DNA of 64,000 bases, taken from IMG/VR virus record IMGVR_UViG_3300042397_003635; one strand, 5' to 3'. Every line of letters begins with the position of its first letter. The first letter of the stretch is position 1. The position numbers were made by a program, and so were the translations under genes. Below, piece by piece: positions 46,396-54,687 of the stretch. Origin of the DNA: a virus. Taxonomy: Duplodnaviria > Caudoviricetes. The notes beneath the pieces were generated by a model. The model had not been told where the DNA came from and did not search any database. It saw only the letters and a list, made by a program, of their open reading frames with translations.

Positions 46396-47826
46396 ATGCA
46401 AACTAAAGAACAATTAGACAAAGAGATTAAACGTCTTAATCTTGAGCAAAACGCTCTAAAAATCTTGATTAACTCGTTTTATGGAGCCTTCGGTAACAAA
46501 TATTTCTATTTTCACGATACAGATATTGCGCAATCAATTACTTTACAAGGCCAAGACCTTATTAAATTTTCAATTAAAGCAGTTAATCACTACTTTACAG
46601 AAAAATGGCATCTAGACACTGAATTACACGAAAAGCTTGGCATATCTAATCTAACGATTAATCAAGTTAAAGAAGAAGCCGCAATTTATACTGACACGGA
46701 CTCATGTTATGTTAGTTTTCATCCAGCAATTAAATCAATTGAAGGTTTTTCTTTAAATGATACAGAAGCTCTTAAGTTTTGCTTAGCAATCAATCGTGAA
46801 AGGCTAAGCGGCTATTTTAGAGCAGCTTTTCAAAAATATGCAACTGCATTTAACACTGATAATCGCCAAGAATTTGAAATGGAAAATCTTTCACGAGCTG
46901 CGATTTGGTGTGCTAAAAAGAAATATGTACTCAAGGTAAGTTATGAAGACAATCCAGCTGAAGAATTATCAGAAAAAGAAAGTCAAGTAGTAAAAGGTCT
47001 TGAAAAAGTTCAATCTTCTTATCCAATTTGGGCAAGAGCTCACCTTGAAAAATTATATGACTTCTTCTTAGATCGTGGCTATGATTTAGACCTTGAAGCT
47101 GAATTAATTCCTAAATTACAAGCGTTACGTGCTGAAATGGAATCTTTAACTCCAGATGATATTAGTTTCTCATTCTCTGTGCGTACTTATGATAAGTATG
47201 TTAAGTGTGAGCATCCTTTAAAATTAGATAAAGGCGTTCCAATCTATACTAGAGCAGCCGCTTATCATAATTTTATGTTAAAGGAAACCAATAATAAAAA
47301 ATACAATCGAGTTATTAGCGGTAAAGTTAAATTCTACTATGCTGCTCAAAACCAATATGATTTTGATATTTTTGCATTTTCTCCAGGCGTTTACCCAGCA
47401 GAGTTTGCAATTCCAATGGATAAAGATCAGCAATTCTTTCGTTTGATTTGCGAACCTCTAAATAAGTTGCTTCTTGCAATGGGATTGCCTCAAATTAATC
47501 CTCAGCTACGTCGTGCAATTGAAGTAGTTAAGCATAAACCTAAAAAAGGTCAAGATATTCAATCTTTCCCAATTCATATTGTAGATTCGGAAACATTTGA
47601 AAATACCTTGGTTCCAGAAGCTCTTCAAGAGTTTATTGCAAATCCAGATTCAGCAATTCCACCTCAATTGATGCCGCAGTACCTAAGTATTGTTTCTAAA
47701 TACGGTTTAAATACGGTAGTTGTTCCAGATGCAGAACTTGCAAAATATATTGATAAAATCAAGAAAAAGAAAGCTTCCAAAGCAGTCATAGTCGAAGAAG
47801 ATGAGCTAGAAGAAGTAGAAGATTAA
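46396..47826 (+). CDS. gp43B: Family-B DNA polymerase, C-terminal subunit (motifs B and C, thumb)
   Basis: EQNALKILINSFYGAFGN (motif B), YTDTDS (motif C), AKKKYVL, VVKGLEKVQSS. Confidence 0.92.
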   Translation: MQTKEQLDKEIKRLNLEQNALKILINSFYGAFGNKYFYFHDTDIAQSITLQGQDLIKFSIKAVNHYFTEKWHLDTELHEKLGISNLTINQVKEEAAIYTDTDSCYVSFHPAIKSIEGFSLNDTEALKFCLAINRERLSGYFRAAFQKYATAFNTDNRQEFEMENLSRAAIWCAKKKYVLKVSYEDNPAEELSEKESQVVKGLEKVQSSYPIWARAHLEKLYDFFLDRGYDLDLEAELIPKLQALRAEMESLTPDDISFSFSVRTYDKYVKCEHPLKLDKGVPIYTRAAAYHNFMLKETNNKKYNRVISGKVKFYYAAQNQYDFDIFAFSPGVYPAEFAIPMDKDQQFFRLICEPLNKLLLAMGLPQINPQLRRAIEVVKHKPKKGQDIQSFPIHIVDSETFENTLVPEALQEFIANPDSAIPPQLMPQYLSIVSKYGLNTVVVPDAELAKYIDKIKKKKASKAVIVEEDELEEVED

Positions 47827-47830
47827 TTAG

Positions 47831-48937
47831 ATGGAAATACATGAGGTTTCAAAGTTTGTTAAAAGTGTCTTGGGCGCCAGGTTTCCTGGCATTCACGATA
47901 AACAGACTATTGAAGAGAGCGACGGTAAATTAAATTTCGCTTGCCCATTTTGTGGAGACTCTAAGGTCAAAGCATCCAAAAAAAGAGGCCACCTCTATTT
48001 GGAAACTAAAACCTATAAATGTTTCAATGATGGTTGCATGGCATGGATGAGCCTTGCTGAATTTGTAGCCAGTTTAAGTAATCAATATGGAATTATTTCG
48101 TCCCTATTTCTAGAAGAAAAGGACCTTGAGGTAAATTACAAAAAAACTACTGAAAATCATCTTGTTAGATTCCTAACGTCTAATCGTAAAAGTATGATAT
48201 CGATTACTGATGTCATAAACAGATTTTCTTTAAGAAGACTTGATCAAATTTCAGAAAATTCTGCTGCATTTAAATTTGCACAATCCAGAGGCTTAACCAA
48301 AGTCCAAAACTTTGGCGATATTATGTATGCTGATGCAATGGACAATAAAGTTTATATCTTTAATTTTGATCACCGCTCTGGTAAAATTCTAGGTCTTGCT
48401 ACCCGAAGCTTAGATCCATTTACTGACAGAAAATATTTGATTAAATCCTATAACGAGGTTTCTAAAATATTTACAAATGGTGATACTCCAGAAATTATTG
48501 ATGATGCAAACTATCTTAATAATTATTTCAATATTTTAAATGTTGATTTTACCCAACCGCTTATGGTAACTGAGGGTCAAATTGACTCTATGTTTTTAAA
48601 GAATGGATTGGCTACTTCTGGTGTTTCCAAAGCCAAATCAATCCTAAAAGCAATGGGTGCTGTTGATATTAAAATTATATTTGACCGTGATAAAGCAGGA
48701 AAGGACTCAATGCTAGCCTTTATTAAAGATGGTTATTCTGTATTTCTATGGAATAGTTTAATTGCAGAATTAAAAAAGAAATTTCCTACTCAAATTATAA
48801 AGCTATCCAAAATTAAAGATATTAACGATCTTTTCTTATTTCTAAATCGACAGGATCCAACATTTACAATTTCAAAATTTCAAGACTTAATAGGTAAGCA
48901 CTTTAGTAATTCTGTATATGATATCGTCTATCTATAA
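47831..48937 (+). CDS. gp61: DNA primase (gp61-like)
   Basis: NFACPFCGDS...KRGH...YKCFNDGC zinc finger; TOPRIM VTEGQIDSMF and IFDRD. Confidence 0.9.
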   Translation: MEIHEVSKFVKSVLGARFPGIHDKQTIEESDGKLNFACPFCGDSKVKASKKRGHLYLETKTYKCFNDGCMAWMSLAEFVASLSNQYGIISSLFLEEKDLEVNYKKTTENHLVRFLTSNRKSMISITDVINRFSLRRLDQISENSAAFKFAQSRGLTKVQNFGDIMYADAMDNKVYIFNFDHRSGKILGLATRSLDPFTDRKYLIKSYNEVSKIFTNGDTPEIIDDANYLNNYFNILNVDFTQPLMVTEGQIDSMFLKNGLATSGVSKAKSILKAMGAVDIKIIFDRDKAGKDSMLAFIKDGYSVFLWNSLIAELKKKFPTQIIKLSKIKDINDLFLFLNRQDPTFTISKFQDLIGKHFSNSVYDIVYL

Positions 48938-48940
48938 ATA
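48933..48940 (+). promoter_or_regulatory. Late promoter TATAAATA for the gp4-gp2-portal block
   Basis: Exact T4 late consensus 5 nt before the ATG at 48946. Confidence 0.7.
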
Positions 48941-48945
48941 TTAAT

Positions 48946-49458
48946 ATGAAAGACCCTAATCAAAAAAAGAATATTAAAACATTTCTTAAACCTAGAATTG
49001 GTGGATCTGTAAAGCAAGGTTATTTTAGACCGCAACAGCCAGATCGATATATGGGAGATCCTACTCAGATTATTTACAGATCAAGTTGGGAATATAAGTT
49101 TTTGAAATGGTTAGATTCAAGTCCATCAGTTCTTAAATATTCATCTGAACCATTTGGAATTCCATATTACAATCCAATGGACAAACGTGGTCATATCTAT
49201 TACATTGATTTCTTTGTTAAGTTAGTTGGTCCTAATAATACTGAGGAAAATTGGTTAATTGAGATTAAGCCAAACAAATATGTTTCGCCTCCAACTAAAC
49301 CAAAGAGAATGACCGATAAACAAACTGCAAGTTATGTCTATGCTGCAAAGCAGTTTGTTATGAATCAGGCCAAATTTGAGGCAGCTAGGGACTATGCTGC
49401 GCAAAAAGGAATTAGATTCGGGATTATTACCGAAAACTTCTTATTTAAAAGTTTGTAG
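48946..49458 (+). CDS. gp4: Head completion nuclease (gp4-like, TnsA-type PD-(D/E)xK)
   Basis: KYMG-like RYMGDPTQIIYRSSWEYKF, SSEPFGIPY, YYIDF, LIEIKP, NQAKFEAA. Confidence 0.88.
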   Translation: MKDPNQKKNIKTFLKPRIGGSVKQGYFRPQQPDRYMGDPTQIIYRSSWEYKFLKWLDSSPSVLKYSSEPFGIPYYNPMDKRGHIYYIDFFVKLVGPNNTEENWLIEIKPNKYVSPPTKPKRMTDKQTASYVYAAKQFVMNQAKFEAARDYAAQKGIRFGIITENFLFKSL

Positions 49459-49467
49459 AATATAAAG

Positions 49468-50133
49468 ATGATCAAGCCAACATTTAGTGCCCAAATAGAC
49501 AATTTTAGAAATAGCGGAGAAAGATTAGACGATCCATTCTTTAGCGACATTCAGCCATTACCGGAATCTATTTTTATTCCAGGTCATGTTTATACATTTT
49601 TTGCACAACCAGTTGACGACCAACAAATTCCAACTGCAGATCAATATCTTGATGCAAGAGAAATGGCTAAATACCCAATTAAAAGACCATATTATGATCA
49701 GCGTCCAATTGGAATCTGTTTAGCTAATGGACAAACTGATGTTACCATATTAAACCTTAAAGTAATGCCCGTAGGGTCTACCCAAGTTATCCTGAATATA
49801 CTCTGGCAGGTCTTTAATAATATTATAAGTAAATCATATACAGACAAGGGAGAGTTCATAGGAGATACTCGAAAGCTATACCAGCTTCCCGAATATACTC
49901 CTCTTATTGGATTTAACGCAAATCCATTTGCCCTATCTGACCTTTTTCAAAATGCGAGCGGAGGTAAATTTAACGTCCGTTACGCAGTAAATAAATATCA
50001 AAAAGCAAATATTACAAACCCAACGCTTATTCCATTCCATCTGGTACCCAGAATTGCTCAAACCAATATTTTCGATGGAATCCAGACACGATCTTTAAGC
50101 ATGGACTCAGTAATATCACAATTTAACGCATAA
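49468..50133 (+). CDS. Possible DNA end protector (gp2-like)
   Basis: YTFF...PYYDQRPI...LNLKVMP resembles T4 gp2 PYYDxFPL...GLNLHY; adjacent to gp4. Confidence 0.55.
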   Translation: MIKPTFSAQIDNFRNSGERLDDPFFSDIQPLPESIFIPGHVYTFFAQPVDDQQIPTADQYLDAREMAKYPIKRPYYDQRPIGICLANGQTDVTILNLKVMPVGSTQVILNILWQVFNNIISKSYTDKGEFIGDTRKLYQLPEYTPLIGFNANPFALSDLFQNASGGKFNVRYAVNKYQKANITNPTLIPFHLVPRIAQTNIFDGIQTRSLSMDSVISQFNA

Positions 50134-50135
50134 TT

Positions 50136-51845
50136 ATGGCAGGATTTCTAGACAATATCGGCTTAGGAGGACTTAAATCAAGACTATCAGATTTAAGCCG
50201 AGTTGGTATGAAGTACGAGGATCTTTTAATTAAGAACTCACAATCGATAGGATTTATTGAAAGTCAGCTAATGCAAGCTAGAGGAAGCGCTCTACCCGGT
50301 GGACAAACTGATTCTTTAGCTAGAGCTACAATGGCAATATCAGATACAACATCTGCTCTTAGAACTAAAGCTATTGCATTCTTTCAATTAGATTACGCAA
50401 CAAAAAGAGAAAGACTAAGAGATCTTGCATCAAATGGTGAAATTGAATTTGTAATCGAGTCAATTACCGATGACGTTATTGTATTTGATGAAGATAACCG
50501 TTTTGCATATCCAAATGACCTAGTTGGAGAAATGCTCTATAAAGGAAAAAATAAAGAGCAGCGTCTTAAGTATCAAGAAAAAGTTATTGAAAAATATAAC
50601 GAAAATTTTGAAAGAATCTACAATGCATGGGGTTTCAATGAAGGAATTTCAGCATGGCAGTATTTTTATCAGTGGTTAATTGAAGGACATTTGGCATTTG
50701 AGATTCTTTATGATGATTTACAAAACCCAAGAGAAATTATTGGATTTAAAGAAGTCGATCCATCTACGCTATATCCTCAAATTAAAAAGGACGCAGCTGG
50801 AAAGATCTTTTTAGAATGGGCCCAAAAAGTTGCTGGAGAATCTAAAGTAAGAACCCTTACCGATTCCCAAGTTCTTTACTTATCATATTCAAACCATTTT
50901 AGAACTAAACGTATTTCTTTTGTTGAGCGAATGGTTAGATCATTTAATTTAATGCGTGTTATTGAGCACTCTAAAGTTATTTGGCATACAATGAATGCTC
51001 CTATTCGTTTAACTACTAAAGTTCCAATTGGAAGTAAGTCTCTAAACAAAGCAAAAGAAGATGTTCGTGAATTTGCAAACCAATTAAAGGAAGATATTTT
51101 CTTTGATACTAATACTGGAGAAATCCAAGTAGACGGCCGCCCTAACTTATTATTCTATAAGAATTATATTTTACCGGTAAACGATCAAAACCAAGCAATT
51201 GAAATTGCTCCATTGGAATACGCAGGTCCTAATATGTCAGGATCAGAGCTTCTTAACTATTTCAAAGAAAAGTTAAAGATGGACTCTAAGATTCCTTATT
51301 CAAGATGGGATTCTGCAAATGGCGCAGGTCAATATACAATGAATGCTGAAGGTATTCGTCGTGAAGAAATTCGTTATAATAAATTTGTAACTCGTCTTCG
51401 TTCAGCGTTTAAAGAATTATTGACAAAGCCTCTATATCTTCAAATGTGTCTTGATTTTAAAGATCTAAAAGATGATTATAGATTTAAGAATGCTGTAGGT
51501 ATTAACTGGCATGACGATAACGTATTTGAAGAAATCAAACAACAAGATTTACTTAATAAGCGTCTTGCTACACTTAATGCCCTTAAAGGAGTTGTTGATG
51601 ATGAAGGTAAGCCATACTTCTCTACTGAATACTTGGTTAAAGAGTATTTAAGAATGAGCGATGAGGATCTTCAAAAGAATAAAGATTATATGAATCAAAC
51701 TCCAACTGGAGAGGGTGAAGCTGGAGAAGCTGCAGCAGCCGGAGCAGCACCAGAAGCAGGTTCTGCCCCAGAAGGAGGCGCGGGTGGTGAAGCCGCTGCT
51801 GGTAAAGAAACAGCTAGCGAATTAGGAGCCCCAGGATCTTTATAA
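50136..51845 (+). CDS. gp20: Portal protein (gp20-like)
   Basis: EIEFVIESITDDVIV, WLIEGHL, LNYFKEKLKMDSKIPYSR, IRREEIRYNKFVTRLRSAF, STEYLVKEYLRMSDE. Confidence 0.92.
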   Translation: MAGFLDNIGLGGLKSRLSDLSRVGMKYEDLLIKNSQSIGFIESQLMQARGSALPGGQTDSLARATMAISDTTSALRTKAIAFFQLDYATKRERLRDLASNGEIEFVIESITDDVIVFDEDNRFAYPNDLVGEMLYKGKNKEQRLKYQEKVIEKYNENFERIYNAWGFNEGISAWQYFYQWLIEGHLAFEILYDDLQNPREIIGFKEVDPSTLYPQIKKDAAGKIFLEWAQKVAGESKVRTLTDSQVLYLSYSNHFRTKRISFVERMVRSFNLMRVIEHSKVIWHTMNAPIRLTTKVPIGSKSLNKAKEDVREFANQLKEDIFFDTNTGEIQVDGRPNLLFYKNYILPVNDQNQAIEIAPLEYAGPNMSGSELLNYFKEKLKMDSKIPYSRWDSANGAGQYTMNAEGIRREEIRYNKFVTRLRSAFKELLTKPLYLQMCLDFKDLKDDYRFKNAVGINWHDDNVFEEIKQQDLLNKRLATLNALKGVVDDEGKPYFSTEYLVKEYLRMSDEDLQKNKDYMNQTPTGEGEAGEAAAAGAAPEAGSAPEGGAGGEAAAGKETASELGAPGSL

Positions 51846-51846
51846 T

Positions 51847-52224
51847 TTATTGATAAGCAATAACAAATCTGATAGATTTGTCGATAGATATAACGACGTG
51901 AATTGAATCTCTAAATTGATCAATTCCGTCGTTAACTTTTAGTACCTCTACGTTCCAGTCACGGTTTTGTAATAAAGTACAATATAGTTTTAATTGAGAA
52001 ACAATGTCATCGTGAATTTTAGTTGTACTAAAACTATCACTAAAATCGAATAGATAAGTTTCTTCGTCAATTCCAAATCGATTTTCTCCCAAAACTGAAT
52101 CATTTTTGGTTAATAGAACCATTTTAATTTGAGCAATAATTAGTGCAAGATCCTCTGTTTCTAATAAAGTCTCTTCGCTATAATTGGGTTCATCTATACT
52201 TCTTATGTAAAAATCTATTGGCAT
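51847..52224 (-). CDS. gp25: Baseplate wedge protein (gp25-like)
   Basis: IAQIKMVLLTKNDSVLGENRFG...YLFD, 125 aa. Confidence 0.7.
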   Translation of the reverse strand: MPIDFYIRSIDEPNYSEETLLETEDLALIIAQIKMVLLTKNDSVLGENRFGIDEETYLFDFSDSFSTTKIHDDIVSQLKLYCTLLQNRDWNVEVLKVNDGIDQFRDSIHVVISIDKSIRFVIAYQ

Positions 52225-52225
52225 A

Positions 52226-52960
52226 TTAGAATCTCATTGTATACATCCAACCTGCAGAGTTTTCGCCTTTAATTGCTTCCATAACAGCAGTCATTTCAGC
52301 ATCAGCCTTTGTTACTAAGTTGGTATAATTTATTTTAACATCTCCTGGCAAAACATAATCAAATGTTGTAATCATTTCGCCAAGTCTTTGTTTAGATTTT
52401 GCTCTACAATATCTTTGGAACATTTCATCCTCGTACAGATTTGAAGGATCAATCTTTTTTGCAACTTCCAAAACAGCTCCTCTTTTTGGAGTTCTTCCAA
52501 GAACAGTTAACTGTTTAGTGTTTTTATTATAGTCGTATGCAATTGTATCTAACAAAAATGCTCTAGTTAAATCTAAGAATGAAAACATTACTGTTCTATA
52601 CATTAAGGATTCTCCAACAAATGGAGTTAAGTACATCTCAGATCCAACAAATTTATTTTCACCAAAGTCTCTATCCATTGTTGAAAAAACAGATGCCCCA
52701 GTTGGTTCAACTGCTTTATGTACAAATTGTACGCAATCTGGTAAAGTAATAGTGCGGCTGTCTTTAAATTGGCCAGCTGAAAAAACATCAACTGGAATTT
52801 GCAAATACGCTTTATCTAGAGCATATTGCCAATTATCATAAAAAAACACCTCGGCATTTTTAATAACCCTTTCTACTTCCTTTGTTGGAAGTTGATATGG
52901 AAGGGATCCCGAGAATGTTACTTCATCAATAATATCTGATATTAATTCTTGTCTAGTCAC
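52226..52960 (-). CDS. gp13: Neck protein (gp13-like)
   Basis: RYCRAKSKQRLGEMITTFDYVLPGDVKINYTNLVTKADAE matches the gp13 C-terminal pattern. Confidence 0.75.
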   Translation of the reverse strand: MTRQELISDIIDEVTFSGSLPYQLPTKEVERVIKNAEVFFYDNWQYALDKAYLQIPVDVFSAGQFKDSRTITLPDCVQFVHKAVEPTGASVFSTMDRDFGENKFVGSEMYLTPFVGESLMYRTVMFSFLDLTRAFLLDTIAYDYNKNTKQLTVLGRTPKRGAVLEVAKKIDPSNLYEDEMFQRYCRAKSKQRLGEMITTFDYVLPGDVKINYTNLVTKADAEMTAVMEAIKGENSAGWMYTMRF

Positions 52961-52979
52961 GCGATTTGCGTTATTTTAA

Positions 52980-53186
52980 TTATACAGTTGGCGCTTGCGC
53001 AGCAGCTAACTTTTGCTCTTCTGCTTGTTTAGCAGTAGTAGCTTTGATTTTTTCTCTGATTTCAGTTAATTTAATTTGAGCATCATTAACAACTTTCATT
53101 GCTTCAGCCTCTTGTTGATTTAATGTAACCAATTCAGTTGCTGCATCTTCGTTAACGCTAAAATAGTTTTGGAATGATTTAACCAT
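52980..53186 (-). CDS. Small coiled-coil protein with N-terminal CTS-like motif
   Basis: Starts MVKSFQNYFSVNED; late promoter upstream. Confidence 0.72.
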   Translation of the reverse strand: MVKSFQNYFSVNEDAATELVTLNQQEAEAMKVVNDAQIKLTEIREKIKATTAKQAEEQKLAAAQAPTV

Positions 53187-53205
53187 TTTTGATAGATTCT
53201 TTTTG

Positions 53206-54549
53206 TTATTTATCGGAAATATAGTCCGAAAAAGTTTTTATACGGCTTGTTCCAGAACCTGGATTTGCTCCAAGTTCCTGTCTTCCACCTTTATACATGC
53301 CCCATTGTGCAGGTACCTTTAAGGTTCCACCGACTCTCTGTGGAGCTCGCTCTGGCGGCAAATCATCCATATCTGGATTGCTTTTAGTGCGGTCTCTGAG
53401 TAATTCTGGGGTTAGCAGGTCCTCTTCAATCTTTCCGCCTAATATCATCCAAACCTTTTTAGGATCCTTTCCTTCAGGGATCCCCTGTGAAAAACTATTG
53501 AAATCTTGAGCTAACCAGAACTCTCTCATTAAAGTTCCAGAAACACCATCCTCGTCTCCGTCTGAACCAGTATTTCCTCCAAATTCAGGACGAGCTGTTT
53601 CAATTCGGTTAATTTTAGAGATACTGCCTCTCCACTTTTCCATGGCAGCCCATCTAGGCATGTCTTTATCTGTTGCATAAAGATTAACAACTGTATTTGG
53701 AGCATATTGGGTTTTACCAAGCGCCTCAACAAATTCATATCCACTTCTAACTGGGGTAACATCCGCTAGGTGGAGTTCAACGTTATCAAAATCTTCTAGA
53801 TAATATTCTAAAACTTCCATTGCAGTCTTACCGCTAATACCAGCCATTTCAGTTTTTGAAATAAAAACATGAACTTCATCGTTTTCTTCTGCAATTTTTG
53901 CAATTGCTTCATAGTGACCAGCATGAGGTGGCTTAAATTTACCACTAAATATTCCAACTGTTCTGATATCTAATTTTGGAACTTGAGTGCGACCAATTTT
54001 TCTAGTCTTCATTGTAATTTCTTCAAATTCGTCCTCTAGACTCTTTGCAAGTTCTAGATTTTTACGATCATCGTCATAGAAAGTAAAGTGTCTAAACCCT
54101 TTAGTGATTAGCTTTCGGAAGGCTTCTTTTTTCTTTTCAGCAATAGTTCCTTCAAATCCAAATTCTGGATCGCTAACTGCATAGATTAATTTTGGGTGAA
54201 TATCAATCCCATGGGACAATAGAAATTCTCTGACTAGTTTCTTATTATCTCTAGCTGTAATAATGCCGACAGCCGTCCCAGATTCATAGGCGGAACGTAA
54301 TATATTAAGTACCCATTCTACTAATCTTCCAGCCTTTAAAATATTAGCATCATTAAATTGATTATAGTCTACTTCGTGATGTGGTTCCTTTTCATATTCA
54401 TTAAACTCCTGTGGAGTAAGATCAAAGGTTTCACCAGTAAGTGCATCCTTAACTAGGATCTTTGCATTAGTGACAACTAGCGTGTCATCTAAATCAAATA
54501 TGATAATTGAGTTATCTCTAGAAAATGCCATTTCGTTTACTCTTTGCAC
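53206..54549 (-). CDS. HAD phosphatase fused to HIGH-class nucleotidyltransferase
   Basis: FDLDDTL, IITAR, KKE, FYDDD (HAD); IFSGKFKPPHAGH and VSGTLMRE (NTase); N-terminal VNE, C-terminal IKTFSDYISDK. Confidence 0.82.
   Translation of the reverse strand: MQRVNEMAFSRDNSIIIFDLDDTLVVTNAKILVKDALTGETFDLTPQEFNEYEKEPHHEVDYNQFNDANILKAGRLVEWVLNILRSAYESGTAVGIITARDNKKLVREFLLSHGIDIHPKLIYAVSDPEFGFEGTIAEKKKEAFRKLITKGFRHFTFYDDDRKNLELAKSLEDEFEEITMKTRKIGRTQVPKLDIRTVGIFSGKFKPPHAGHYEAIAKIAEENDEVHVFISKTEMAGISGKTAMEVLEYYLEDFDNVELHLADVTPVRSGYEFVEALGKTQYAPNTVVNLYATDKDMPRWAAMEKWRGSISKINRIETARPEFGGNTGSDGDEDGVSGTLMREFWLAQDFNSFSQGIPEGKDPKKVWMILGGKIEEDLLTPELLRDRTKSNPDMDDLPPERAPQRVGGTLKVPAQWGMYKGGRQELGANPGSGTSRIKTFSDYISDK
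53207..53213 (-). promoter_or_regulatory. Putative late promoter ATAAATA
   Basis: GATAAATAAC overlapping the upstream stop, about 21 nt before 53186. Confidence 0.6.
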
Positions 54550-54567
54550 TGGCCTACTATTTTTTGT

Positions 54568-54574
54568 TATTTAT
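54568..54574 (-). promoter_or_regulatory. Putative late promoter ATAAATA
   Basis: TAAATAAATAAC-AAAAAATAGTAGG, a leader nearly identical to that of the sheath gene. Confidence 0.65.
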
Positions 54575-54622
54575 TTAGCCAGTTATTCAATGTAAATATA
54601 CTAAACCTGGGCTAATAAAAGC

Positions 54623-54656
54623 AAAAAAACGCAAAGCTTCTTGGCCTTGCGTTTTT
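54623..54656. terminator. Intrinsic terminator
   Basis: AAAAACGCAA...TTGCGTTTTT inverted repeat downstream of 54688. Confidence 0.7.
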
Positions 54657-54687
54657 CGATTACCTTCTTCCAATTGGAAGATGTATT

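Noticed and set aside
8040-46420. Split intein or group I intron joining the two polymerase halves
   Set aside because: The N-half ends KQAAKKAAN with no Cys/Ser-initiated IntN; the C-half starts MQTKEQL with no HN-C/S/T IntC; the intervening 38 kb is ordinary genes on both strands.
48946-49458. TnsA-like transposase or homing endonuclease (mobile element)
   Set aside because: It matches the gp4 head-completion pattern, sits under a late promoter next to the gp2-like and portal genes, and has no flanking repeats.
53230-53290. GANPGSG near the HAD-NTase C-terminus as a second capsid-arm mimic
   Set aside because: Only about 5 residues resemble the capsid GANGSG; too short to distinguish from chance.
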